Source: Octopus vulgaris
Taxonomy: Eukaryota
Reading direction: 5' to 3'
NCBI GenBank assembly: GCA_951406725.2
Contig: OX597819.1
Location: 76,942,001 to 77,006,000, forward strand
Length of the DNA stretch: 64,000 nucleotides
This document shows positions 10,338-20,885 of this stretch, piece after piece (the stretch's first letter is position 1; each line of letters begins with the position of its first letter). The notes beneath the pieces were generated by a model. It did not search any database, had not been told where the DNA came from, and saw nothing but the letters and a program-made list of their open reading frames with translations. The translations under genes were made by a program, and so were the position numbers.

Positions 10338-12381
10338 CTATTTAAAAGCCAGATAAGTGTAACGCCGCCAATGGGGGCATCGAAAAGCCGACTGTAAAAG
10401 CCCGTTTACCATCCGGCCTCTGGCAAACAAAATATGGAAGAGTTCGGAGACACAAAGGTTGCACTGCCTTCTGCCCCCTATCAAATGGGAGGGCCACCGA
10501 CAAAATTGACCATTCCAGCCTGTAGCTTAGGTTCGTATCCTTCAGTCGCCATATTAGCTTACTGAGTCCCGTGGTCTGGCGCTTGTTCATGTCCCGAAAA
10601 GTTGCGTAATGGTTGGAGACACGCAAAGACAATCTTGAGGATGAGGCCCCTACATAAGTGAAGACATCTGAGTCCGTGTAAACCTTGCATTGGTAGACGG
10701 CGTTTTTGATCTTGGAGTTCGCCGACGTGAATCTAATTCTGCTAGGATTAGTTTCTGAAATTAGAACTGCGTTCCTGTCACTATATTCGTTCCGAGACCT
10801 GCAGCCGCTTACTACTCTATTTTCCACTACGTCACTATTAACTATAGGAATAACCCCTGATTCTCCACTATCTATCAAAGTGCTGTCATTGCTACTGCCC
10901 GTGGTGCTGCTATTGCGGGAAATGATGCTGGGGATGCTATTGGGGCTCTCTACCCTACTCCCATTGTTACCGTCAACCACAACACCCCTATTTATAACTA
11001 TACCCCTAGTGGGTACTCCCTGGCTGGAGCTGAGATTATGTGTCACTGTACTGGCTCTCATATCATTATTACTACTATAATTATTCCTACTGAGCATTAA
11101 ACCGGGAGCGGAAGAGGCTGTGCCTCCGGAAAAAGGTGATAGGGTCTTAGTAAGTAGCCTATTATTATGGGAGGCGATTATCTGGGCGAGGTTTTTAGTG
11201 TTGGAGAAAGCTATCCTAACTTTATGCGAGTTAACCGTGGAGTAATATTTGGAATTTCTGGGGAAGTTATTGGCAATGGCTTGTCTAAACATGAGGGGGA
11301 GGTTAGTTCTAATCTGCTTACCAAAGGGGATTACAAACCATATATGCTTATTCCTATCAGTGTGATGGATCGGGACGCCAGCTCTCGCATTCGGGTGGGT
11401 GATTCTCGGATGAATGACGGGTCTTGGGTTAGTGTAAGACCTCCCGGACCGATAATTATCCTTGTTCGCTAAATTAAATGCGGGAGCGACTACCCCGGCA
11501 TCCACCGCGCTCCCGTCCTTACTTAAAATGTTAATGTTATTATATACGGCCCTATCCTGATGACCGAATGATGGCATCGGAAGGGCCGGATCAATATAAA
11601 TTACCTTCTGCCTATAACCGGCCTTGGATAGTGCGGCGTTATAAAATTCCGCTTTCTGCATAAAAATATCGGCACTGGCGGACAAGCCAGACAATCTTAG
11701 AGAGATGTTTTTAACCAAATTGTCTGTTACGGTTTTGGCATGATTTGAGAAGACACTGACATACTTCAAATTAGTGGAAGGCTTATGGTAAGGGCAGTAT
11801 GAGTCGCTATTAAGGTTAAGTGTAACGTCTAGGAAATTGGCCTTGGTGAGTTCATTATCAAAAACTATACTCATGCCCATTCTATTAAAAAACCTAGCTA
11901 ACCTGCTCTTAGTTTTCTGCACTATTCTGTTCGTGGTGTTTTGCAGGTAAAACAGACAATCGTCACGATACAGGCCGCCCGCGATCTCCGGGAATTGGTC
12001 GGACAATTCGTAGAGAATATATATTCCGACCAAATCGGCTATCTGCGCACTATCCGAACTACCCATAGGCACATCAAATTCATTGGGAGTATCTTTACGG
12101 ATCCACAACTTATTATCAAACTTAATAAACGATTTCCTGGCAACTAAAATGATATCTATCTCTTCTCTGGTGAGGCCAGCCTTGTTGTGAGCATGCCAGA
12201 GGGCCTTATTTAGCACACTAGGGTTAATCGAGGGGTAGAAGCTGGCGATATCAAACTGAATGAACCTAGTACGGTTCTTATTGGGGATGGAAGAGAACCA
12301 CTTCACTACCTGCGAGGAGTTGGCCCAGAGGCTGAACTTCAGCTTGTTTGTGTAGAATGAAATAAAACGATTTCTGTTCAA
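10338..12381 (-). CDS. Penelope-like reverse transcriptase + GIY-YIG endonuclease polyprotein (5'-truncated, with a +1 frameshift near the C-terminus)
   Basis: ORF 10342..12381: QFDIASFYPSI, FDVPMGSSDSAQIADLVG, GLYRDD, NFLDVTL, PYHKP..YV...SNH, then AVY-x12-YVG..R..H (GIY-YIG). The first 11 aa come from the inverted repeat. The likely true C-terminus (RQCNLCVSELFHIL..VN..RCPHWRR, stop at 10338) is in another frame. Confidence 0.9.
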
Positions 12382-12419
12382 TCTGCGTTCAGCTCCATTT
12401 CTTCAATTCACCAATAATG

Positions 12420-12421
<2 letters not shown>
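12350..12421 (-). repeat. 72-bp perfect inverted repeat, arm 2 (inverted pLTR fragment capping the 5'-truncated PLE)
   Basis: Exact reverse complement of 9600-9671; followed by (TA)n up to 12466. Confidence 0.97.
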
Positions 12422-12467
<46 letters not shown>

Positions 12468-12631
12468 CTATGCACAAGACAGGAAATTACCTAGTGCTAC
12501 AGATAGAAGTGACCTTCTTTATTGCATGTTTGGAAATACCTCAAAATTTTGATAATTAAAAGAGAAGTGAGAGGAGAAGCAACAACAAGAATAATTTCAT
12601 AATCTCCTTATTACTCCCTGTGGCCTCAGTA

Positions 12632-12878
12632 AGTAGTGAAGTTCCTTCCTGTGTCATATAAACTCATAGGGTCAGTTTCCATGATGTATATATTCCCCAC
12701 CTGGACGGGACGCCAGTCCATCGCAGGATTACTCATTTTTGCCAGCTGAACAGACTGGAGCAACATGAAATGAAGTGTTTTTGCTCAAGAACACAACGTG
12801 TTGCTTGGTCCAGGAATCGAAATCACCATCTTATGATCATGAGTCCAACATCTTAAATATTAAGCCATGCCCCTCCAC
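12632..12878 (-). mobile_element. tRNA-derived SINE family C
   Basis: Matches 63367-63626 (ggacgccagtccatcgcag..ttactcatttttgccagctga...ccaggaatcgaaa). Flanking direct repeat tggcctcagta at 12621 and 12881. Confidence 0.85.
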
Positions 12879-13069
12879 TTTGGCCTCAGTACCCATATAA
12901 ATTTTTCCACTGTGTTCCTCCTGTGGGTAAGGTGAGGAAAAGGTGATATGGCCCACATTGAGAAGCCTTTATTGTCAGTATCTACAGTATCTAACTTTCC
13001 TATGTTGTTTATGCTCATAATTCAGTTTTCTTTTTTTTTTCTTTTTTTATTTCTTAGCAATCAGTTTAA

Positions 13070-13299
13070 CCCTTTAGTGTTTAAATTATTCTGTTAAATG
13101 TAATACTTCTTCATTCAAATTCATCATCATCAACTTGAATTAACCATGCATTATCTTATAGCTTTAAGGTTTCAATAATGTCACTATTTATTTTTAGAGT
13201 GTTAATGTAGGTTAGGTGTGAAAGGCTAGATATCGCCAGTTTGAATATAAAACATATAGAATATTTGAGCCGGATATGGCCGGTTTAAACACTAAAGGG
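13070..13299. mobile_element. piggyBac-type MITE (family 2)
   Basis: 16-bp TIR ccctttagtgtttaaa / tttaaacactaaaggg, with TTAA at 13066-13069 and 13300-13303. Confidence 0.88.
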
Positions 13300-13623
13300 T
13301 TAAAATTGATCATGATTATTCAGTCTTTGTGGTAGGATCAAATTCCAAAATGTATCCGATATTTTCTTTGGTATAAGGTGTAAACATCATAATTTTGTTT
13401 GTGATTTGTGGCTTCACTGGTTTTATAAAGATATACATACTTGCCATGAAAACCTTTGTGAGTAGATTCCAGTTCTGTGTTTTTTTTGTTTTTTGTTCTA
13501 TATACAGTGTACTAATATCACCTACTCTTAAGTGTTTTCTTAACTGTGCTGAATTCTTTCTCTATCTTAAGATTGATTGCAAAATTCATTTTTTTTCTTT
13601 CTATTTTTCTATCCTTTCTTCAG

Positions 13624-13695
13624 TTTATGTACAACCTTATCTGTTTAATAAAGTATCACAAGAATTCACTTCCATCTCTTCCACAATATATTGCA
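13624..13695 (+). other. Candidate 72-nt cassette exon
   Basis: Long polypyrimidine tract ending ttcttcag| and consensus donor GCA|gtaagt. The length is divisible by 3 and two frames are open (FMYNLICLIKYHKNSLPSLPQYIA or YVQPYLFNKVSQEFTSISSTIYC). Confidence 0.35.
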
Positions 13696-13708
13696 GTAAG
13701 TACTGCAG

Positions 13709-13744
<36 letters not shown>

Positions 13745-14965
13745 ATGTAGGTATGTATATATATAGAAAGAGAGAGAGAGAGAGTTATTTTCATCTTGAG
13801 CGAATTACACAACTCATTTGCAGTTATTTATTTTCAGTTATTTTTGTTTGTTTTCATTCTCATTTGTATTTTAATTTGATTTATTTTCCTTTAATTTCGT
13901 TCATACATTATTTCTAAATATTCCACATTAAATTATCATGTTATATGTTTTCAATGTGATAGACATGTTAATATTTTTAATATATCCATTTTCAATTGAA
14001 TAGATTCTGGGAATATTTATTAATACTTGTTTTTTTGTTTTTTTTTTATTGGTCTGGAAATAATTCTATTGGTGCATCAGCCACTATACATGAGCAGACA
14101 TTTAGAATGTTAATTTCTTATGGTATGGAAAGCTAGTTTAGCCTCGTCAGCATATCACTGTTTAACTTACCTGACCTGTAGGTGTGGTCTAGAAACAGGC
14201 TCATCATTCTTTATTGTTGGCTTTTTATTTCCTCCTAAATGAATATCTGAAGTAGTTGAGGGTAAACTTGTTATCTTATCGAAGTGATTTCCACCTGAGT
14301 ATAGACCTGAGATTTAGCTTCTAGCTTATTAATAAGATGTTTTTACAGCTTTTCAACTACAGCCTGCTTATTAGCAGCAGACATCCGTTCACACTTTAGC
14401 AATGCTACTCAAACATTCCTGGTTGTTATTGCCTTTCCGTGTATGATGATGGTTTCAAGTGGAGCACCTTTTTTTTTTTTAATCTCTGCACAGAGCTTGT
14501 TTGCTTTTACCTTTTTTTTTTTCTTTTTTCAGCAACAATATTATTTCTAATTTATTTTAAAGGTGGGAGGTGGTTTGACCAAATCCAAATATGGTGCATT
14601 TCAGCATTTAGTTCAAATGATCAAGTTTCTGAGTTCAACTCTTACTGAGGTGGGTTTGGTTGTTTATCCTTTGCAATATGGGTACATGTCACCAACAAGA
14701 AAGTCATTTCATCTAATTGCACATAATTCCTCTTGAGAAAATGTTCCAAAGAATATGCAAAACACAAAAGTGATACTTTCGACTTACTGTTATGTTGCTG
14801 CTGTCTAACACCAGGTTAGCCCGTTGACTTGACTGACCTTAGAACTTGTGTTTTTTGTTATTGACCCCCATTGGGATGAAAGATAAAGTTGACCTTTGTG
14901 GGAGTTCTACTCAGAATATAAGGAGCTAGATGAAATACTATAAAGCTACACCTTATAATGCTTCT

Positions 14966-15198
14966 TATTTCTTTATTGCCCACAAGGGGCTAAACATAGA
15001 GGGGACAAACAAGGACAGACAAAAGGATTAAGTTGATTACATCGACCTCAGTGCATAACTGGTACTTAATTTATTGATCCTGAAAGGATGAAAGGCAAAG
15101 TTGACCTCAGCAGAATTTGAACTCAGAACGTAGCAGCAGACGAAATATCGCTAAGCATTTCACCCGGCATGCTAACGTTTCTGCCAGCTCACCACCTT
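14966..15198 (-). mobile_element. SINE family B, near full length
   Basis: Matches the 36858 and 63117 copies; TSD aatgcttct at 14957 and 15200. Confidence 0.9.
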
Positions 15199-16394
15199 AA
15201 ATGCTTCTGCCAATCTTCCACAGTGGTGGTGGTAGTAGTAGCAGCAGCAGCAGTAAGTACAATATTTCAAGGTCATCAGTCCTCAGTATTTCCATAAAAC
15301 TGCTTGTAACAATAGCAAGAACAGCAGGGTTTCTTGCAGTGTGATATAAATTATTCTGTTCAATTAAGGCTTTATCAGCTATGATATATAGTTTCAAGAA
15401 AAATATATGAAAGAAATATAAAAAGACAAAAAGAAAAAAAAAAATGAGGTTTTTCCTTCACAAAAAAAAAAAAACCCAGCCTTTTTTTTCTGGTTTTCTT
15501 TTTTGTTGGGGCTGGAAAGTAATGATTCTGAGTTGAATAGATTTTATCTAATTACTGAACTGAGTGTTTTTTTCTTTCCTTTTTTTTTTTTTTTACATCT
15601 AAGAAATTTAGCTATCAGTTTCAATCTGACATCAACTTTACTGTGGGGCACAAGTGGGTCCCTAAAATAAGAGAATTAACTTGCAAATAGCTAGTATGTT
15701 AGCCATTTGTTCACAGTGTTGATAATAACACTTAAAGAAAAAAAAAATACTCAATTAAGAAGAATGTCTAATGAATTTACCTATTGAAAGCTAACATGTC
15801 TTTGATTGATTAATCTGGTTCAAAGAGAATTTTTAAATTTGCTTTGCACCAGAAAAAAAAAGGAGAAAATAAAAAAAGATATGAGAAAAATGTTCCAAGT
15901 CTGATGATTACAAAAAGCACCATATTGCATTTTTAATGTTGCTTAGAGATTTTTGTAGTTGTTGGTTTCTCTTTCTCTTTTTAAGCATTTACACAATAGT
16001 TGCAAGACTTGATAAAACTTGAACACTTAATGAAATGCTAACCTTATTATGTCAAACAATTAGTGCTCATTTTATTGCCTATGTTGCTACTCTATTAATT
16101 AACTCGTGAATAATGCCAAATTGAGACAAGTGTGCTTTTTCTGATTGGCAACCTTATGTATTTCCTTGATTCTTCAGCTAGCTTAATTCTTCTTTAACTT
16201 GAAACAACGTCAATGAACCAATTTAGGAAGTAATTTCAGTCTTGTTGACTAATTCCTTTATTGCCAGTTTTCATAAGTTTGTAACTTGTAAGAAGCACAA
16301 TGGCAGTGTAGTTAGGTGCAGTAAAAAAAAAAAGGGTTAAATTCTAAATCAGTTCCTATTTGTTTGTAGTTTGGCTATTTTTGTCTTTCTATTA

Positions 16395-16722
16395 CTTTAG
16401 CCATGCTGGGGGTACCACTTTGGAGGGTTTTGCTGTACATATCAACCACAGTACTTTTTTTGTTTTCAAAGCCTAACACTTGTAGTGGTCACTTTTGCTG
16501 AATTGCTCGATTACAGACATAAACAAACCAACATCGGTTGTCAAGTGGAGGAGGATAAATACAGACACACACACAATTTCCATCTATTAAATTCACTCGC
16601 AAGACATAGGTTCGCCAGGGGCTACAGTAAAAGACATTTGCTCATAGTATCATGCAGTGGGACTGAACCCAAATCCATGTTGTTGCCAAGCCAGATTCTT
16701 AACCACATAGCCATGCCTGCAC
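16395..16722 (-). mobile_element. SINE family A, diverged
   Basis: gccatgctggg..., atgcagtgggactgaaccc, aaccacatagccatgcctgcac. Confidence 0.75.
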
Positions 16723-16959
16723 ATATAATAATTAATAAAAAAGAAATAAATACAGTGTAATTAGTTGTAATTTTGAAAATGTAAGCAGCTTGATGAGTAA
16801 AACAGGTTAGATTCTGAAAACATTTATTGAGAATTAACCATTCTGAGAGATTGTCTCATTAGACTTCAAGAGCCTCAGAACTGACTGGCAATAGGCTAAC
16901 ATTCCTTATTTGCTGGAGTTACTACACATAATACACCTCATAAATGGAACACTACTTCC

Positions 16960-17330
16960 AGGTAACATTCTAAGAGGATATAGCAATGAAGTGAGACATG
17001 CAAACTTTGTTTGTTTCTTTTGTTGTTTTTTTTTGTTTTTCAAGATCAATCAGGAGGAAAAGCAGTACCTATGATTGTTGCAGAATCATTGAAACTGGTA
17101 GGGATGGGTGTGATTGGTGTTCTGCTCAAAAACCTGATGAATCTTCTATAGTTGATAATGGATGGGTTGTTATTCCAGCATAATTTCCAATGGGTTCAAT
17201 TCTCATTAATACTGCTAGTGAGAAGAATATGTGAGAAAGAATGAGAAAGTGGATACACTATGTATCTTAACCATAACACAATACATCAGTAGCAATAAGC
17301 TGTGGACCATTTTGTCAAGCTGCCTGGTAT
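16960..17330 (+). pseudogene. Heavily decayed RTE-like LINE RT fragment
   Basis: Translation GGKAVPMIVAESLKL resembles the GKAxGPDGIxAExLK block of RTE-clade RTs; stops follow. Confidence 0.4.
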
Positions 17331-17366
17331 CACATTAATTTGAGGCAGGTGTGATGGATTTTGTTA

Positions 17367-17600
17367 TATCATCATCAACATTTAACATTCGTTTAACATA
17401 GGTTGGACAGCTTGACAGGAACTGGCAAGTTCAGGGCCTGCAGCAGGTTCCATAGTCTCTTTTTGCTTGGTTTCTATGGCTGGATGCCCTTCCTAATGCC
17501 AACCACTTTATAGTGTACTCGGTGCTTTTTACATGGCATGAGCACCAGTGCTTTTTATGTGGCACTAATACCCACACCAATACTTTTTATGTGGCACCTT
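17367..17600 (-). mobile_element. RTE-LINE-type 3' tail element (family D)
   Basis: (cat)n tail, ggctggatgcccttcctaatgccaaccact and repeated gtgctttttacatggcac units. Similar pieces at about 21975, 44108, 45470 and 57340. Confidence 0.7.
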
Positions 17601-18039
17601 GGTTTTAGGATCTCAATTCTGTTGTGATGGGCAGGTTTTCTCAAGTACATCAATGCACCACATATCAATAATAAAATATTAAATCAAGGTAACCGCTCTG
17701 ACTTTGTATATATGAGAAACCAGTATCAGAAAAGCACATTTGACAAGACAAATTCTTCCTAACTTTTAGCCATTTAGAGTTAATGCTTGTTGAAAAACCA
17801 AGGCAATATATTACATTCCAAAACTGAAATGGTGAAGCCAAATCTTAATTTAGTGTTACATCATCAGTTAATTAATGGAGAGCAGTAAACTTAGTAGTAA
17901 ATTGAACACTAATGATTTAGTATAATGATGTTAATACATTAAGAATTCATGTATTACATAATTCTGTAATTGCAACACATAAGGCTTATGTAATATCTCA
18001 AACTCTGTAATATATAGGGTCTTTTACATTTTATAATTT

Positions 18040-18412
18040 CTTTGTGGCCATGCTGGGGCACCACTTTGAAGGGTTTTAGTTGAACACATCGACCCTTGTA
18101 CTTATGGGTTTTTTTTTTCCTTTTTAAGTCTGGTACTTATTCTATTGGCTTCTTTTGCCAAACTGCTTGCTTAAACAAACCAACACCTGTTGTCAAGTTC
18201 TGATGGGCAGTGACAAACAGACAGATGTACACACATATACACATGATGGGCTTCCACACAGTTTCTGTCTACTGAATTCACTCACAATTCATGAATTGAC
18301 CCAGAGCTAAATTAGAAGAAAAACTTGCCTAAGGTGCCATGCAGTGAGATTGAACCCGAAGCCACATGGTTGCCAAATGAGCTTCTTTTCTTAACCACAG
18401 AGCCCTGCCTGT
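18040..18412 (-). mobile_element. SINE family A, diverged
   Basis: gtggccatgctggggcaccac ... acttgcctaaggtgccatgcagtgagattgaacccg. Confidence 0.75.
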
Positions 18413-18757
18413 GCTTAGGATTGAAATGAATTGACAGTGATGTTTATGTCATTTCTTTCAAGGGAATGAGAGACATGAATAAATAAAAGTAAATGGTTGC
18501 AACCAGGAACTGAAATTAGTTTACACATTCATCTTACTTACAAGTCTACATCTCCTCAGTCAGTCAAAATTACTTCAGTAATGACACCAGCAATACAATA
18601 TTGAAGAATCTGCTGTCAAATATAACTTGTTAACTTGAAAGATTTTTATTTTATTTTTAAATCAAGAAAATACCAAAGAACAATCTGACAACATATATAG
18701 TGAAACATGTACAGTCCTGCAATTTAACTATGCATGCACTTATGTGTGTACATACAT

Positions 18758-18791
<34 letters not shown>

Positions 18792-18967
18792 GTATATGTA
18801 TGTATAGATAGATAGCTAGATAGATACACACACACAAACATATCTCCATTGATCTATGCCCATTATAACATACTCTATGTAATTCAACTGCTACACTAAA
18901 CTATTGTTTGTTTTTTTTTTGTGTAAAAGTTGATAAATTGGTTATATCCTAAATAAAAATCTAGCAA

Positions 18968-19019
<52 letters not shown>

Positions 19020-19061
19020 CGTTCAGAGATTTATTGCTTTTATATATATATATATATATAT

Positions 19062-19210
19062 AGGGAGAGTTTACGAAAAAACAAAAGACGAAGACAGGTG
19101 GTGTACAAAACAAACAGATGTATTAGTATAACTCTCAGGAATAGAAAAAGTCTTTTACGTTTCGAGCCTACACTCTTCTACAGAAAGGGACACAGAAAAA
19201 ACAAGGAGAG
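19062..19210 (-). mobile_element. Short (TA)n-inserted repeat with a hammerhead-like motif (probable PLE 3' end, second family)
   Basis: Closely similar to 47828-47931, with the same end abutting (TA)n. Minus strand 19152-19187 reads CUUU-CUGUAGAA-GAGU-guag-GCUC-GAAACGUA-AAAG. Confidence 0.65.
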
Positions 19211-19550
19211 AATATATATGCATGGACTGTTAAGAGGCAATGTTGTTAATTCATAATCCTTGAGAATTTAATATGTAATGAGTAATAATTTCTTACCTTA
19301 GCAAACTAAAGTAACTTATTCAAAATATTGTGGTAGAATTTTGGTTTTCTAATCAATAATTTTAATGAAATAGAATGCATTTTGCAATGATAATAGAATA
19401 TTAAATATCTAATTATACACTTTCCTGCTAAGAAATCTACACTAGATATCTTCATTCTATATATGCTGGATGTTTCAAACCTTGAAAAGTTTCTCTCTCT
19501 CATATATATATATACGCATACACACACACATATGGATGGAAGGATGGAAA

Positions 19551-19790
19551 TTATAATAATGAAGTTAAACTAAAGAAATTACTTAGCACATACATTTCAG
19601 GTCTGTTTAATATATGAGGAAATGCATCCATTACATAAGATCTTTCTTGATTGATAGGTTTCAAAACATTCTGAAATTTTAACTGAGGAAGTTCTTATGT
19701 AATTGAAGCATTTCCTCTTATATAGACCCGAAACATAACAAATTAAATGATTTCAACATATCACTATTTGGTTTAACTTCATTATTACAA
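19551..19790. repeat. Imperfect long inverted repeat (about 105-bp arms)
   Basis: taataatgaagttaaac / gtttaacttcattatta and gaggaaatgcatccattacataaga / tcttatgtaattgaagcatttcctc. Confidence 0.8.
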
Positions 19791-20679
19791 CTTATATTGA
19801 CTCAATGCCAATACAAACAAGCCAGCCCTGACTCCACTTACACAGATACTCTAACAATGATTTGGTGTAGTTTGTTATATTTGACTCAAGTCAAAAACTC
19901 TTGTACCATACACCACTTCTTAATGTAACAGGAAATATATATATATATATATATATATATAACTTATTTCTTAATTCCAACTTCCTTTTTCTCATTTTTG
20001 TGTTGGAACTGTTATGTATTATCTACTGATTTAATTATATACCAAATAGCAAACCTTTTTATAGTTACTCAATGAGAAAGCTTTTGCATAGTGACTTCAG
20101 TTGTTAGAAACAGTAGCCATATCTCCATTAAATGGTATCCTATCTAGAAAATGTTCATATTTGATTAGTCATAGGTAAAATCTCCCACTCAAAATGACCA
20201 TCTTGTCTCTTTGTGTGTCCAAGATTTCATTATCTAATGTGTCGTTCCATTTCTTTTGTTCTTTTTTCAAGTAAGTAGGGTGTGATTTTTGGTGATTTTT
20301 TTTTTTTCTGCTTTTTCTAGCAAGTCTAGTGACCACCTAGAGACTCCTTTCTTAGTAGTGTCAGTTGCATGGGTACAGTTGTGGCAACATAACTGAACAG
20401 ATCATATTAGTTTTCAGCCTCATAGATCTTCAGTTGTTGTTTCACACCTGACAGCACATATTCAATCCAGCCTAACTGTAAATAACACACAACGTAAAAC
20501 ATAATTTAATACTGGAGTTTCTAACACATGTGGTTATATAGTATACAATTAGGTTTGGTTATTAACATGTTTGAGATCAAATTTTCTTTTCTAAAAAAGA
20601 CAGGCTGCAGCATCACAGACACTCTTTCCTGAGCATTACACTGTATCTTGTACAATGATAAGTAGAAGAATGATAGTGT

Positions 20680-20885
20680 AGTGAGTAACATAACATATAT
20701 ATTTGGTTATGTTCCTTTATGTTCTGAGTTCAAATCCTGCTCGGCTCAACTTTCCTTTTCATCTTTCTGAGGTCAATGATAATATAGTGAGTAACATATC
20801 ATATATTTGGTTATGTTCCTTTATGTTCTGAGTTCAAATCCTGCTCAGCTCAACTTTGCTTTTTATCTTTCTGAGGTCAATAAAA
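20680..20885 (+). repeat. Tandem duplication (about 105-bp unit) of a SINE B fragment
   Basis: agtgagtaacata...atttggttatgttcctttatgttctgagttcaaatcctgctc...ctgaggtcaat occurs twice. Confidence 0.85.

Larger units (their letters stand above)
9448..12421 (-). mobile_element. Penelope-like retroelement (Naiad-like), 5'-truncated, with 3' pseudo-LTR and inverted 5' pLTR fragment
   Basis: RT plus C-terminal GIY-YIG ORF, a hammerhead ribozyme in the 3' non-coding part, a 72-bp inverted repeat (9600-9671 / 12350-12421), (TA)n on both sides, and visibly higher GC and CpG content than the flanks. Confidence 0.92.
12965..13823 (+). repeat. Copy B of the old local duplication (paralogue 6684-7282)
   Basis: Collinear similarity to copy A; independently interrupted by a piggyBac MITE and a microsatellite. 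Confidence 0.75.

Noticed and set aside
10706-12147. Antisense ORFs (124, 101 and 68 aa) inside the PLE
   Set aside because: They are shadow frames of a GC-richer coding sequence with no recognisable motifs.
17045-17097. Apparent exon QSGGKAVPMIVAESLKL with AG/GT ends
   Set aside because: Better explained as a decayed RTE RT motif.
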